Shown here: piece by piece, positions 1 to 11,417 of the stretch | Position numbering within the stretch: the stretch's first letter is position 1 | Layout of the letters: every line of letters starts with the position of its first letter | From: Opitutales bacterium | GTDB taxonomy: Bacteria; Verrucomicrobiota; Verrucomicrobiia; Opitutales; Coraliomargaritaceae | Assembly: GCA_046483785.1 (NCBI GenBank) | Contig: JAWOCN010000095.1 | Coordinates: 1-37,973, forward strand | DNA length: 37,973 bases | Direction: 5' to 3' | Position numbers and translations under genes: made by a program | Notes under the pieces: model-generated | Database searches by the model: none | The model's input: only the letters and a program-made list of their open reading frames with translations | What the model was told of the DNA's origin: nothing

Positions 1-45
1 GGCAACCGGGTCGTCGGCCTCAAGAAGACCAAGCCGGAAGAATAA
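1..45 (+). CDS. 3' end of an unidentified gene entering from the left (GNRVVGLKKTKPEE*)
   Basis: Frame 1 is open to TAA at 43-45 with GC-rich third positions and is followed by a terminator hairpin. Confidence 0.45.
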   Translation, partial: GNRVVGLKKTKPEE

Positions 46-68
46 ACCGGCGGTTCAGCTCGATTTTC

Positions 69-99
69 AAAAGCCCTTTCCTCGCGAAAGGGCTTTTTT
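69..99. terminator. Intrinsic terminator, possibly bidirectional
   Basis: AAAAGCCCTTTC-ctcgc-GAAAGGGCTTTTTT stem-loop with A/T tracts on both sides. Confidence 0.8.
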
Positions 100-254
100 G
101 TGTTGAAATAAGGGCTCCGGTAGGGACTCCGCTCGCGGATGCCCGCAGCGCCGTCCAGGCGATGCCCGGGAGAACACGATCCGGGCCCTGTCCCGTCCGC
201 GCAGGATGATCAAACATTTTTGCGTCTTCGTCATTTCCTGTGGCAGATTTTAAA

Positions 255-428
255 GTAGTCGGGGTGATTCACTTGTCCCGGCATAGCCTATCGAAAACGG
301 ATCCCCCGGCCAAATGTGAGATGGATCTCAATCTGCTTGCGGGTGGAGCGTATCTTACGCTTGCGGCTTTCTCCTGTTCCAGTTGATCGCGAAAGGCATT
401 CGGTCGGGGGATGAATCGCCCCGACTAC
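255..428. repeat. Inverted pair of GTAG-type REP palindromes (REPIN-like)
   Basis: GTAGTCGGGGTGATTCA at 255 and TGAATCGCCCCGACTAC ending at 428 are reverse complements with one mismatch. Confidence 0.65.
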
Positions 429-469
429 GCCCGCACATGCTGACCTCTGACCTCTGAACAAACCCTCTC

Positions 470-1456
470 CTACGCCAGAGCCGCGTCCACCTCGGCGAGC
501 CACTTCGCGCGCGTCGCGTCATCCACCAGCGCGACTTCAAAGCCGTTTTTAGCCAGTTGGCCGAGTTCCTGCCGACTGAAGTCCAGGTCCTGCGCCAGGG
601 CGTGATATTCATCCTCCACCGTGTTCCCGAAGGAAAAAGGGTCGTCCGTGCTGACGGTGCAGCGCAGCCCGCGGTCGAAGAATTCCCGGATGGGGTGCGC
701 GCCCATCGAGTCCACCACGTCGAGCTTCACATTACTGATCGGGCAGAGATCGAAAGTGGCATCCGCATCGATCGCCAACTGCAGCACATCCGGGTCTTCC
801 ACCGCGCGGACCCCATGTTGGATACGTCGCACCCCGAGATGTTCGATCGCTTCGCGCACGTGGCCCGCCGGGCCGAACTCCCCGGCATGCGCCTTCGTAA
901 CCAGCCCGGCCGCGCGGGCCCTGGCCCAAAGCTTCGGCGCCCAGTCCTCCAGCGGCAAGTATTCGACCCCGTGCAAATCGATTCCGGCGAGGCCGTCCCA
1001 GTTCACGCAGTCCTCCAACACGGGTGCGAGCCGCTCCGTGTGGCTGTTGCGCGACATACCCATGAAGACACGCACCTCCAGCCCCTCCGGCACCGCGCTG
1101 CGGATCGCCGCCAGGATTTCCGGCCCCGGAATGTTGAGGAATTCAATAATTCCGGAGTGAAAGGAAGTTTCCACATAGCGCAGGTTTTGATCGAGATGCT
1201 TCTGAAAAATCAACTTGGCCGCCTCGTAATAATGCTCCGGCGAAGTGAACCACTTGACCGCGTGCTCGATCAAATGCGCCTCGAACTCCTCGAAGGTGGG
1301 CCACTTGAAATCCGGGGCCCAGCAGGTCGGCGGCTGAGCGAAAGCCTCCGGGTCGAGTCGCTGCAACAGCTCATACGGGAGCGCCCCTTCGATATGCAGG
1401 TGGGTCTCCGTCTTGGGGAGACGATGTATAAAATCGGACAGGTTTGAGTCAGCCAT
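470..1456 (-). CDS. add: Adenosine/adenine deaminase family protein
   Basis: Motifs [27 protein letters not shown] and STDDP; start taken at MADSNL (ATG 1456). Confidence 0.88.
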   Translation of the reverse strand: MADSNLSDFIHRLPKTETHLHIEGALPYELLQRLDPEAFAQPPTCWAPDFKWPTFEEFEAHLIEHAVKWFTSPEHYYEAAKLIFQKHLDQNLRYVETSFHSGIIEFLNIPGPEILAAIRSAVPEGLEVRVFMGMSRNSHTERLAPVLEDCVNWDGLAGIDLHGVEYLPLEDWAPKLWARARAAGLVTKAHAGEFGPAGHVREAIEHLGVRRIQHGVRAVEDPDVLQLAIDADATFDLCPISNVKLDVVDSMGAHPIREFFDRGLRCTVSTDDPFSFGNTVEDEYHALAQDLDFSRQELGQLAKNGFEVALVDDATRAKWLAEVDAALA

Positions 1457-1667
1457 CGTGTAGGTCGGCAGGTTTGTTGCCCCGGCGGCGAAAGTAAAAC
1501 ATAAAGGCGCGCAGAGCAGAGGCACGCGGTCGGGATCGCCGCCGGTCTAAAGTAAAGGCCGGAGACACAGCTAGTGGGGACTACGATGGACATCCCGGCA
1601 AAAGGGTCGCGCGAGTTCGCCAGGGTGTAATCAGAAAAAGTGTCAATCGTCCGATTACGCTTCACCG

Positions 1668-1710
1668 AACTCCCCTCCTGTCCGGCAGCAGCCGGAGCAG
1701 GAGGGGAGTT
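1668..1710. repeat. Strong GC-rich intergenic hairpin (REP-like palindrome)
   Basis: AACTCCCCTCCTG-TCCGGC-agca-GCCGGA-g-CAGGAGGGGAGTT. Confidence 0.6.
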
Positions 1711-1850
1711 GTTAACAGCCGTGACAACAGATCTGATGACACCCAGTTCGCCACCTAAAAGCGAAAAAATCTCGCATCACGCGTCACGTATCCCCTATCA
1801 CACCCCCCTTCCACACTTTCATTTCCACTCCCACACTCACTCCGCAAGTC

Positions 1851-3479
1851 ATGATTACGATCAACCAAGTCACCCACAATTTCGGCAAAAAAGTCCTCTA
1901 CAACGGGATCAACTGCGTGATCGGCGCGCACGACCGGATCGCCCTGATCGGCTCGAACGGCTCCGGCAAGACCACCCTGCTCCGCATGTTGATGGGCGAG
2001 GTCGAGCCGGAACGGGGCTCCATCGACTATCCCGATTACGTCAGCATCGGCTACCTGCCGCAGGACGGCATCTCCGTTGCCGGCCGCACCCTCTACGACG
2101 AGGCCAAGAGTGCCTTCGGCGACATCCTGGAGCTGCAGGCCAAAATCGAGAAGGCCGACGCCGACCTGCTCGAAATGGATACCGAGTCGGAGGAATACTA
2201 CGACCTGATCGACGCGATCGGCGACTGGGAACTCCAGCTGGAAGAGTTCGAGCCACAAAAAATGAAGTCCCGCATCGAGCGCATCCTGACCGGAATGGGT
2301 TTTTCCATGAACGACATGCCGCGCGACACCGGAGAGTTTTCCGGCGGCTGGCAAATGCGGATCGCGCTGGCCAAGCTGCTCCTGCAAAACCCCTCGCTCC
2401 TGATTCTCGACGAGCCGACCAACCACCTCGACATCGTCTCGCAGCACTGGGTCGAGCAATACCTTAAAAATTACCACGGCGCCCTCATCGTCATCTCCCA
2501 CGACCGCGCCTTTCTCGACGAAGTGACCAACCGCACCCTCGAACTCAAGCTGGGCAACCTGAACAGCTACAAGGGCAACTACAGCTACTACAAGAAGGAG
2601 AGCGAGAAACAGATCGAAGTGCTGCGCAAGGCGCACAAAAACCAGCAGCGCGAAATTTCCGAGATCAAGGACTTCATCAACAAGTTTCGCTCCAACGTAA
2701 AAAAGGCGAGCATGGTGCAGAGCCGCATCAAACAGCTGGAGAAGATGGATATGATCGAGATCCCGCGCGAAGAGAAGAAAATCTTCTTCCGCTTCCCGCC
2801 ACCGCCGCCCTCCAGCGCCAAGGTCATCACCATCAAAAGCCTGCACAAAGCCTATGGCGACAACGTGGTCTTCGACGGGCTCGACCTGCGCATCGACAAG
2901 GGCGACCGCATCGCCGTGGTCGGGGTGAACGGGGCCGGCAAGTCGACCCTCGCCCGCATCATGGCCGGTGAGGAACCCTACCAGGACGGCGAGGTGGAGA
3001 AAGGCCTCAACACCGTGATCAGTTATTTCGCCCAAACCCAGGCCGACGAGCTCAACCCCGCCAAAACCGTGCTGGAGGAAGTCGAGACCGCCGCCATCGG
3101 TAACCCTGATGCCAACCCGCGCGCCGCCCTCGGCGCCCTCCTTTTCTCCGGCGAAGAAGCCCTGAAAAAGACCGATGTGCTCTCAGGCGGCGAGAAAAAC
3201 CGCGTTGCCCTGGCCAAGATGCTGATGCAACCCGGCAACTGCCTCATCCTCGACGAACCGACCAACCACCTCGACATCAAGTCCAAGGAAGTCCTGCAAG
3301 ACGCCATCAACGCCTTCGACGGCACCGTCATCCTCGTCAGCCACGACCGGGCCTTCCTCGACGGCGTGGTCAACAAAGTCCTCGAAGTCGCCCCCGGCAG
3401 CACCCGCATGCTCACCTGCAACGTCACCGAATACGTCGAACGGATGGAAAAAGAAATGGCGGAAAAGGCGGGGAATTAA
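1851..3479 (+). CDS. ABC-F family ribosome-associated ATPase
   Basis: Two ABC cassettes (GSNGSGKT/FSGGW/LILDEPTNHLD and GVNGAGKS/LSGGE/LILDEPTNHLD), helical linker, no TM segments. Confidence 0.93.
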   Translation: MITINQVTHNFGKKVLYNGINCVIGAHDRIALIGSNGSGKTTLLRMLMGEVEPERGSIDYPDYVSIGYLPQDGISVAGRTLYDEAKSAFGDILELQAKIEKADADLLEMDTESEEYYDLIDAIGDWELQLEEFEPQKMKSRIERILTGMGFSMNDMPRDTGEFSGGWQMRIALAKLLLQNPSLLILDEPTNHLDIVSQHWVEQYLKNYHGALIVISHDRAFLDEVTNRTLELKLGNLNSYKGNYSYYKKESEKQIEVLRKAHKNQQREISEIKDFINKFRSNVKKASMVQSRIKQLEKMDMIEIPREEKKIFFRFPPPPPSSAKVITIKSLHKAYGDNVVFDGLDLRIDKGDRIAVVGVNGAGKSTLARIMAGEEPYQDGEVEKGLNTVISYFAQTQADELNPAKTVLEEVETAAIGNPDANPRAALGALLFSGEEALKKTDVLSGGEKNRVALAKMLMQPGNCLILDEPTNHLDIKSKEVLQDAINAFDGTVILVSHDRAFLDGVVNKVLEVAPGSTRMLTCNVTEYVERMEKEMAEKAGN

Positions 3480-3574
3480 AGAAGGGATTCCTTTGAAGCT
3501 ACACCGGCCACTGCCGAATCCAGGATCGTCCGGTCCGCAGGGGTGCGGCTCTGCATCCACAAGCGGTATGCCAT

Positions 3575-3609
3575 AAAAAAGCGCAGCCTCTCACGAAGCT
3601 GCGCTTTTT
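3575..3609. terminator. Bidirectional intrinsic terminator between convergent ABC-F and pilC
   Basis: AAAAAAGCGCAGC-loop-GCTGCGCTTTTT. Confidence 0.85.
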
Positions 3610-3628
3610 CTAATCGCCTGGCCGGGGC

Positions 3629-4882
3629 TCAAGTGAGTTGTTCGATAATTTCGACAATCGGCAGAAAGAGTGCGATGACGATGAAACCGACCACGAGGGC
3701 GAGGAAGACGATCATGACAGGCTCGATGATCGAGGTGATCCCGGAGATGGCGTTGTCCACATCTTCGTCGTAATTGTCGGCGATGCGGTTGAGCATCTCG
3801 GAGAGTTCCCCGGTTTCTTCGCCGACATCGACCATGCTGGTGACCATGTTCGGGAAGACCGATTCACGCTCCATGGGAGCGGCGAGGGGTTCCCCGTCCC
3901 GGACGCAGTCATGGACACGATTCAAGGCGCTTTCATAAAAGATATTACCCGTAATGTCTTTGGTGATGGTGATGGACTGGAGGATCGGCACGCCGCTGGA
4001 GAGCAGGGTGCCAAAGGTGCGGGTAATCCGGGCGATATTCACCTTGCGCACAAGGTCGCCCACTTTGGGTAGATTGATCGAACACCAGTTGAAAGCCTTC
4101 GCCCCGTAGCGCGTCTTGAGGAGAAATTTTAAGGCGAAAAAGGCAAACACAACAATCCCCAGGGTGAGAAGAATGTTCTGCTGCATGAAGTTACTGACAT
4201 TGATGACGATTTGAGTCGGCGCCGGCAGTGCGGCACCTCCGAGCATATCGTCAAAGATTGTCTGAAACTTCGGCACGACCACCGTCATAAGGAGCGCGAC
4301 AATCGCAACGGCCACACCGACAACGACGAGGGGGTAGACCATGGCGGACTTGACCTTTTTCTTGGTCTTGAGGGCTTTTTCCATAAAGCCGGCCAAACGT
4401 GCCAGCACGGTGTCCAGCACACCACCGGCCTCGCCCGCGCGCACCATGTTGACGTAGAGGCGGTCAAAAATCTTCGGATGCTGGGAAAGGCCGTCGGAAA
4501 AGGAATTACCGGACTTCACCTGATCCGCGATTTGCTCCATGACCGCCTTGAAGCGGAGGTTCCTTTCCTGGCGGATCATTACCTCAAGCGCCCGCAGCAG
4601 GGGCAGACCTGCCTCCAGCAGTGTGGCGAGCTGCCGGGTGAAGATGGACAGGTCTTCCTGCTTGATCACCTTCCCGAAGTTAAAGGTTTTCTTCTTAGCT
4701 TTACCGCCATCCGTCTTTTTCCTGGAGGCCGCGCCTTTTCCGCCGCCTCCGGAAGTGACCTTGGTCGGCATCAAGCCGGCGGCACTGAGCTTGGCATTGG
4801 CATCGTCCGTGTTCTCCGCCTCAACCGTGCCGGTCTTTTGTTTACCGTTCGCGTCAATTGCCGTGTATTTGAATTTTGCCAT
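3629..4882 (-). CDS. pilC: Type IV pilus/T2SS inner-membrane platform protein (PilC/GspF)
   Basis: [13 protein letters not shown] start, [37 protein letters not shown]; three TM segments. Confidence 0.92.
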   Translation of the reverse strand: MAKFKYTAIDANGKQKTGTVEAENTDDANAKLSAAGLMPTKVTSGGGGKGAASRKKTDGGKAKKKTFNFGKVIKQEDLSIFTRQLATLLEAGLPLLRALEVMIRQERNLRFKAVMEQIADQVKSGNSFSDGLSQHPKIFDRLYVNMVRAGEAGGVLDTVLARLAGFMEKALKTKKKVKSAMVYPLVVVGVAVAIVALLMTVVVPKFQTIFDDMLGGAALPAPTQIVINVSNFMQQNILLTLGIVVFAFFALKFLLKTRYGAKAFNWCSINLPKVGDLVRKVNIARITRTFGTLLSSGVPILQSITITKDITGNIFYESALNRVHDCVRDGEPLAAPMERESVFPNMVTSMVDVGEETGELSEMLNRIADNYDEDVDNAISGITSIIEPVMIVFLALVVGFIVIALFLPIVEIIEQLT

Positions 4883-4895
4883 GGGGTATGGGGGG

Positions 4896-6584
4896 TTAAG
4901 TGTATTTAAGGACTTCTTCGATCGTAGAATTACCGTCAAAAATGGCACGAAGGCCGTCGTCACGCAAGCTTCGCATGCCTTGTTCCAGCGCTTTTTGTTT
5001 AATCGATAAAGTGGGCGCACGCTGGTTGATGAGCTCGCGTATGGCATCGGAAACGACGATCATCTCAAACAGGCCGATACGACCGCTGTAACCGGTGTTA
5101 CTGCACTCGGGGCAGCCATCACCGTAATAAAAGTCCTTGTCGGCGATTTCCAGCGGATCGACATCAAGCATATCAATGAGATCCTGCCCCGGTTCGTAGG
5201 CAGTCCGGCAATGCTTGCAGATACGGCGCACCAGGCGCTGGGCCAGGATCGCCTCCAGGGAGGCCGAGATCAGGAAGGGCTCGAGGCCCATATCAATCAG
5301 ACGTGTGACGGCGCCGGGCGCGTCATTGGTGTGCAGGGTGCTCAGCACGACGTGCCCCGTCAGGGAGGCCTGCACCGCAATCTGAGCGGTTTCAAGGTCG
5401 CGGATTTCCCCGATCATGATTTTGTCCGGGTCTTGGCGCAGGAACGAGCGGAGGGCGCGGGCGAAGTCGAGTCCGACCTGGTGGTTCACCGCCACCTGCA
5501 TGATGCCGTCAATCTCGTATTCGACCGGATCCTCGGCCGTGAGGATCTTGGTTTCGACGTGATTCACCTCGCGCAGGGCGCTGTAAAGGGTCGTGGTCTT
5601 GCCGGAGCCGGTGGGACCGGTGACGATAAAAATCCCGTTCGGCCGATCCACCAGATCGCGAATCGTCTGAAGGATATCGTCGGGCAAACTGAGCGCCTCC
5701 AGGTCGAGGTTCACGACCGACTTGTCAAGCACCCGCAGCACCACGCTTTCACCAAACTGGGTGGGCAGAGTGGAAACACGGAGGTCGACCGGGCGCCCCG
5801 CGATGGTCATCTTAATCCGCCCATCCTGCGGAATCCGCGTTTCCGAGATATTCATATTCGAGAGCACCTTTACCCGGGAAGTGACCGGCACCGCCAGATT
5901 GCGGGGGGGCGGCGCCATTTCGTAGAGCGCCCCGTCAATCCGGTAGCGAATACGGAATTGGTCCTCAAAGGGCTCGAAGTGAACATCGGAGGCTTTGTCC
6001 TTGATGGCTTGCTGGAGCACCAGATTCACAAAGCGGATAATCGGCGTCTGATTCGCCAGGTCGGTGAGATCGCCTTCCGAGAGATCCTCTTCCGAATCGG
6101 AGAACGAGTCGCCGATATCACCCAGGATGTCGTCAATCGAAGAATCCTCTTCGCCGTAGGTCGCGGTAATCAGGTCGTCGAGGTAGGCCGGATCGCAGAC
6201 GATGATCGTGATGTCCTTGTTGAGCGTAAAGGTCAGATCATCGATGATCGCCGGGTTGAAAGGGTCCTTGGCCAGGATGGATACCGAGGTCTCGTCCACT
6301 TCATAGGGGACGATCGCATACATGCGGGCGACACTGGGGCGCACGACAGAGGCGATCTCTTCGGGGATTTTCTTGGGTGGCTCCTCAAGGTAGTCGTAAC
6401 CGAGATACTCGGCGATGGCCGAAAGGATATCCTTGCGGTCGACGAGTCCGGAATCCACCGCCGCATCGGCGAGTGACTTGCCGGTGTGCAAATGGGATTC
6501 GTTCAGTTCGTCGAGCTGCTCGTTATCAAGCAGATTGGCGGACTGGATAATTTCGTAAACGGTGTCGTTGTGATCTTCGAACAT
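4896..6584 (-). CDS. pilB: Type IV pilus/T2SS assembly ATPase (PilB/GspE), copy 2
   Basis: [48 protein letters not shown]; Zn motif CKHC...CPEC. Confidence 0.93.
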   Translation of the reverse strand: MFEDHNDTVYEIIQSANLLDNEQLDELNESHLHTGKSLADAAVDSGLVDRKDILSAIAEYLGYDYLEEPPKKIPEEIASVVRPSVARMYAIVPYEVDETSVSILAKDPFNPAIIDDLTFTLNKDITIIVCDPAYLDDLITATYGEEDSSIDDILGDIGDSFSDSEEDLSEGDLTDLANQTPIIRFVNLVLQQAIKDKASDVHFEPFEDQFRIRYRIDGALYEMAPPPRNLAVPVTSRVKVLSNMNISETRIPQDGRIKMTIAGRPVDLRVSTLPTQFGESVVLRVLDKSVVNLDLEALSLPDDILQTIRDLVDRPNGIFIVTGPTGSGKTTTLYSALREVNHVETKILTAEDPVEYEIDGIMQVAVNHQVGLDFARALRSFLRQDPDKIMIGEIRDLETAQIAVQASLTGHVVLSTLHTNDAPGAVTRLIDMGLEPFLISASLEAILAQRLVRRICKHCRTAYEPGQDLIDMLDVDPLEIADKDFYYGDGCPECSNTGYSGRIGLFEMIVVSDAIRELINQRAPTLSIKQKALEQGMRSLRDDGLRAIFDGNSTIEEVLKYT

Positions 6585-6624
6585 CAGGGGTATTTACACA
6601 GAATCGATAAGTGAAAATGTGACC

Positions 6625-7704
6625 TTATTTATCAAACGCGGCCCCGGATTCAACCAGCTTATCGCGCATCGGTCCGGGCGTTTGGGATTTAGTGAGAGCC
6701 TCCTCGGCCGAGATGAGACCCCGGTTATAGAGACTGAGAAGATGGGCATCCAGACTGATCATGCCGTGGGCGGCACCGGTCTGGATGTCAGAGGCGATCC
6801 GGTAGGTTTTGTTCTCGCGGATAAGTTGGGCAATCGAGGTGGTCGTGACCATAATCTCGAAGGAAGCGATCCGCCCGCCGCCCTTTTTCTTGCAGAGAAC
6901 CTGGGAAATGACCGCCACCACGGAGGAGGCGAGTTGGGTGCGCATCTGGTCCTTCATATCCGCAGGAAAGGCATCGACTATACGGTCCACCGTGCGGGCC
7001 GCCCCCGTGGTGTGGAGCGTGGCGAAGACGAGGTGGCCGGTCTCGGCCGCACCAACCGCGGCTTCGATGGTTTCAAGATCCCGCATCTCCCCGACGAGGA
7101 TAACATCCGGATCCTGCCGCAGAGCGCCGCGAATGGCATCCGCGAAGGAGCCCACGTCGACGCCGACTTCACGCTGGGTCACGATGCAATTTTTATGGTC
7201 GTGGAAATATTCGATCGGATCTTCGACCGTGATGATGTGGCCGTCGTGATGCTCATTGATCCAATTGATCATGGAAGCGAGGGTCGTGGACTTACCGGAA
7301 CCGGTCGGCCCCGTCACCAGGATGAGTCCCCGGGGCCGGCTGATCAGCTCTTTGATCTTATCCGGCAGGCCGATTTCGCTGAGACCGAACAAGTCGTTGG
7401 GAATCTGCCGCAGCACCATACCATAGGCGCCTTTGGCCCGCAGGACGCTGACGCGGAACCGCGACTTGCCTTTAAAGGCAAAACCAAAATCGGCGCCGCC
7501 GCTGGTTTTGAGCTTCTCTTGATTACTGCTCGAAGTGATCGCCTTCACCAGATCCTCCGTGTCCTTTCCCGTCAACGGCGGTCCATCCACCGGTGTCATG
7601 GTGCCGCTGATTCGAAGCGTGGGCGGTTGGTTGACTTGAATGTGCAAATCCGATGCGCCCTGGTCCGCCACCAGTTCGAGTAGGTCGTTCATTTCGTAGC
7701 TCAT
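6625..7704 (-). CDS. pilT: Type IV pilus retraction ATPase PilT
   Basis: [48 protein letters not shown]; AIRNLIRE-like [10 protein letters not shown]. Confidence 0.93.
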   Translation of the reverse strand: MSYEMNDLLELVADQGASDLHIQVNQPPTLRISGTMTPVDGPPLTGKDTEDLVKAITSSSNQEKLKTSGGADFGFAFKGKSRFRVSVLRAKGAYGMVLRQIPNDLFGLSEIGLPDKIKELISRPRGLILVTGPTGSGKSTTLASMINWINEHHDGHIITVEDPIEYFHDHKNCIVTQREVGVDVGSFADAIRGALRQDPDVILVGEMRDLETIEAAVGAAETGHLVFATLHTTGAARTVDRIVDAFPADMKDQMRTQLASSVVAVISQVLCKKKGGGRIASFEIMVTTTSIAQLIRENKTYRIASDIQTGAAHGMISLDAHLLSLYNRGLISAEEALTKSQTPGPMRDKLVESGAAFDK

Positions 7705-7728
7705 CGGAATCGAATCGTTGGATCGGCT

Positions 7729-9450
7729 TTAAAGCGAGTCGGAGACAGTGGCGTGGAGCACCTCACCCGGGGTGGTGACCCCGGCGATAATTTTACGCAC
7801 GCCGTCTTCACGCATGTTCCGCATCCCCATCTCACGGGCTTTGGAACGAAGGGCGACCAGACTCGCTCCTTCGTAAATCATCTGCTGGAGTTCTTCGTTG
7901 ACGTTAAACATTTCGAAAATACCCACCCGCCCGCGATAGCCGGTGCCGTTACACTTGGGGCAACCTTCCCCCTTCATAAAACTGGCGTCCTCCGTCTGGT
8001 CCGGCCTGATCCCCAGGGAATTCAGTAATTTTTCGTCCGGATCGGTCGCCACGCGGCAAGCCTGGCAATTCCTGCGCACGAGGCGCTGGGCCAGCACCGC
8101 GCGCACCGCAGCCGCGACGAGGAAAGGCTTGATACCGATATCAATCAAACGGCTGATCGCACTGGGGGCATCATTGGTGTGCAGGGTGCTGAAAACCATG
8201 TGCCCGGTGAGCGCCGCGTTAATCGCGATTTCCGCCGTTTCCTTGTCACGAATTTCCCCGACCATAATAATATTGGGCGCCTGGCGCAACATCGAGCGAA
8301 GGGCGGCGGCAAAGGTCATGCCGACCTCACGGCGGACCTGCACCTGATTCACGCCGGTGAGTTCGTATTCAACCGGGTCCTCCACGGTGATAATTTTCCG
8401 GTCGGGGTGATTAATGTAGTTCAGCGCCGAATACAAGGTGGTGGACTTGCCGGAGCCGGTGGGGCCGGTCACGAGAAAGACGCCGTCCGGAAGCGCGATG
8501 ATGCGTTCGAATGTCGCCTGGTCGTCACTGAAGAAGCCGAGCTCGGGCAAGCCCAGATTCAGGCCCTCCTTATCAAGGATACGCATCACAATACTCTCGC
8601 CGAAAGCCGTCGGTAAGGCAGAAACCCGCAAGTCGATGACCTTGGCGCCGACCTTGATATTAATTCGCCCGTCCTGCGGGACCCGTTTTTCCGCGATGCT
8701 GATATTCGACATCAGTTTGATACGGGAAACGATCGAGGGCTGGAGACGCTTGGGCGGGTTTTCCACTTCATGCAGCACCCCGTCGATACGGTAACGCACG
8801 CGGAAACGCTTCTCCAGCGGTTCCATATGGATGTCGGACGCGCGCCGTTTAAGCGCTTCCGAGATGACCATGTGGACATATTTAATAATCGGGGCCTCTT
8901 CCTCGGTGGCATCTTCTACCGTAGGAAGATCGATCTGAGTCGCCGGGGCGTCGGGGTCTTCCTCTTCGGCAAAAATTTCGCTCACCTGCTCGGCCTTCGC
9001 ACCCTCGTAATACTGGTGAATCGCCTTTTCAATATCTTCGAGCGGTGCCACCCGGCAAACGACCGAGCGCTGGATAACATGGCTGACGCTGTCGATCGCG
9101 TCCATATCGAGCGGATCCGCGACGGCGAGCTCGACTTCAGATGCATCCGCCTCAAGCGGAAACACTTTGTAGCGGTTGGCCAGCTCGTAAGGGACGGTTT
9201 CCAGAGCTTCACTGGAGACGCGGACGTCACCCAGATCCACCACATCCATGTTGAACTCCTCGGCGAGCGCCTCTGCAATCTGCATCGGCGTGAGCGTATG
9301 CTCTTTAACGAGAGACTCGAGGATGGCGCTATCTTCGCCGGTGTCACCACCAGCCTCGGATACTTTAGCGCGGGCCTCATCGATCTTATCGTTATCGACA
9401 AGGCCTTTATCAATTAAAAGCTGCAGAATAAATTCGTCGGCGGAAGTCAC
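7729..9450 (-). CDS. pilB: Type IV pilus/T2SS assembly ATPase (PilB/GspE), copy 1
   Basis: [43 protein letters not shown]; Zn motif CQAC...CPKC; GTG start. Confidence 0.93.
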   Translation of the reverse strand: MTSADEFILQLLIDKGLVDNDKIDEARAKVSEAGGDTGEDSAILESLVKEHTLTPMQIAEALAEEFNMDVVDLGDVRVSSEALETVPYELANRYKVFPLEADASEVELAVADPLDMDAIDSVSHVIQRSVVCRVAPLEDIEKAIHQYYEGAKAEQVSEIFAEEEDPDAPATQIDLPTVEDATEEEAPIIKYVHMVISEALKRRASDIHMEPLEKRFRVRYRIDGVLHEVENPPKRLQPSIVSRIKLMSNISIAEKRVPQDGRINIKVGAKVIDLRVSALPTAFGESIVMRILDKEGLNLGLPELGFFSDDQATFERIIALPDGVFLVTGPTGSGKSTTLYSALNYINHPDRKIITVEDPVEYELTGVNQVQVRREVGMTFAAALRSMLRQAPNIIMVGEIRDKETAEIAINAALTGHMVFSTLHTNDAPSAISRLIDIGIKPFLVAAAVRAVLAQRLVRRNCQACRVATDPDEKLLNSLGIRPDQTEDASFMKGEGCPKCNGTGYRGRVGIFEMFNVNEELQQMIYEGASLVALRSKAREMGMRNMREDGVRKIIAGVTTPGEVLHATVSDSL

Positions 9451-9511
9451 GGGGTATTTTTATCTGTTGGGATGATTCTCTAAAGTAAATTAACGGGCGA
9501 CACCCATTAAA

Positions 9512-11398
9512 TTAACGGGCGACACTCATCAAGAACTCGGCATTGGTATTTGTTTTCTTAATTCGCTGGATGAGCATTTCCATGGCATCCGTCGAAGGTA
9601 GGCCTTTCATCGCTCTTCGCAACGAATAAATTTTCTGCATTTCGTCCGGATGGTAGAGAAGTTCTTCTTTTCGGGTGCCGCTCTTATCCATGCTCAGCGC
9701 GGGGAAGATGCGCTTGTCGGAAAGTCCGCGGTCGAGATGGAGCTCCATATTGCCGGTGCCCTTGAATTCTTCGAAGATAACCTCGTCCATTTTGCTGCCG
9801 GTTTCCACCAGCGCCGTGGCGATGATGCTCAGGCTGCCCCCGTCTTCGATATTACGGGCGGAGCCAAAGAAGCGCTTCGGCTTTTGCAGGGCGTTCGCCT
9901 CCACGCCACCGGAGAGAATTTTCCCACTGCTGGGCATGGTGGTATTGTAGGCCCGCGCCAGACGGGTGATCGAGTCGAGCAGGATGACCACATCCCGGCC
10001 GGTCTCGACCATGCGGCGGGCCTTCTCGATCACCATTTCGGCCGCATGGACGTGGCTCTCGGCCGATTCGTCGAAGGTCGAGCTAATGACTTCCCCGTGA
10101 ACCTGGCGCCGGAAGTCGGTCACTTCTTCGGGGCGCTCGTCGATGAGCAAGATAATGAGGTGTGCCTCGGGATAGTTCTTTTGAATCGAGTTGGCCATCC
10201 CCTGCATGAGCACGGTCTTACCCGTACGGGGCGGAGCGACGATCAAGCCGCGCTGGCCGAAGCCGACCGGCGTCAGGCAATCGACGACCCGCATGGAAAG
10301 ATTGTCCCACTTCGCGTCGCTGTCGGACTCCAGGAGGATGCGGGACGTGGGATAATAAGGGACGCGCTCGGTGAAGGGCACTATTTCGCTGAGCGTTTCC
10401 GGATCCCGGCCCATGACCTGCTCGACATGGACTGCGAAGGGGCAGGATTCACCCTCGCGGTGGGGGTGCAGTTGCGCTTTCACAATATGCCCGCGCTGCA
10501 GGCCGTAGCGTTCGATAAAGACCTGCGGCACGTAGGCGCTGAGGGGTCTCATGCGGTAGTTGTCCCGCTCGTAAACAAGCAGCCCGCCCTCGTCGTCTTC
10601 CAGCAGTTCAAGCACGCCGACGCTGAAAATCGCGCTTTTGGCCTCCGCGGCTTGCTTGGTGATCGCGTTAATCAACTGATCGCGGTTCGGCGCATGGTGC
10701 CCGGTCTCGACCTCGCGTGCGGCGGCCTCCCCCCTCAACTCAGTCAAACCCATGTCATAGATGCGGTTGTAGTCGAGGGCCTCGCCACCACCGGCCTTCA
10801 AGTCGGCGGCCAGGGCCTCAACCGCATCAAATCGCTCAAGGAGCTCCCAGTCCAGAAGCTGCCCGAATTCGATGGGCCTCTCTTCCTCACGGTCGCGCCG
10901 GTTTTTATTCTGCCAGTTTTTATTCTTCCCGCGCGGCTTCCCGCGCTTGTTGTTCTTGTTTCGAAACTTGTTACCTTTCTGCCGGTCGTGCGGGTGCCCG
11001 CCCCCCTTCTGCGGCGGTCCTTTTCTCTCCGGGGCCTCGTTTTTGGCGTTTTGATCCCTCTCCCCTTTAGGCTGAGCCGACTCCTTGGATTGCCCGGGCT
11101 CCTTGAGCTCCTTGGGCTCTTTGGGTTGCCCGGGCTCGCCGGATGGCCTGGGCTCACCGGCCTCGTCCAGAACAATGTCCGCGCTGAAAGTCACTTCGTC
11201 GTCACCCGTCTCGGCGGGGGCGGGGGCGGGGGCGGGCTCCTTCGCCTCTGTCTTGGGCGCCCGTTTTTTAGCCGCTTTTTTGGCCGCTTTTTTGGCGGCC
11301 TTTTTCGCGGCTTTCTTGGCGGCCTTTTTACGCGGTGCTTTTTCAGCCGGCTTGTCCGTTTGGATAGCGAGGGTAAATTCGTCGTCTTCTTGGGTCAT
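9512..11398 (-). CDS. rho: Transcription termination factor Rho with long N-terminal low-complexity extension
   Basis: [62 protein letters not shown]. Confidence 0.96.
   Translation of the reverse strand: MTQEDDEFTLAIQTDKPAEKAPRKKAAKKAAKKAAKKAAKKAAKKRAPKTEAKEPAPAPAPAETGDDEVTFSADIVLDEAGEPRPSGEPGQPKEPKELKEPGQSKESAQPKGERDQNAKNEAPERKGPPQKGGGHPHDRQKGNKFRNKNNKRGKPRGKNKNWQNKNRRDREEERPIEFGQLLDWELLERFDAVEALAADLKAGGGEALDYNRIYDMGLTELRGEAAAREVETGHHAPNRDQLINAITKQAAEAKSAIFSVGVLELLEDDEGGLLVYERDNYRMRPLSAYVPQVFIERYGLQRGHIVKAQLHPHREGESCPFAVHVEQVMGRDPETLSEIVPFTERVPYYPTSRILLESDSDAKWDNLSMRVVDCLTPVGFGQRGLIVAPPRTGKTVLMQGMANSIQKNYPEAHLIILLIDERPEEVTDFRRQVHGEVISSTFDESAESHVHAAEMVIEKARRMVETGRDVVILLDSITRLARAYNTTMPSSGKILSGGVEANALQKPKRFFGSARNIEDGGSLSIIATALVETGSKMDEVIFEEFKGTGNMELHLDRGLSDKRIFPALSMDKSGTRKEELLYHPDEMQKIYSLRRAMKGLPSTDAMEMLIQRIKKTNTNAEFLMSVAR
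11265..11330 (-). repeat. Coding tandem repeat (KKAA)x5 in Rho N-terminus
   Basis: Protein [22 protein letters not shown]; degenerate 12-bp DNA units. Confidence 0.85.
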
Positions 11399-11417
11399 GA
11401 GAGATTTTGGGTAGGGG

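Noticed and set aside
1457-1640. Purine riboswitch upstream of the deaminase
   Set aside because: No recognisable purine aptamer consensus on the minus strand by eye; an Rfam scan would settle it
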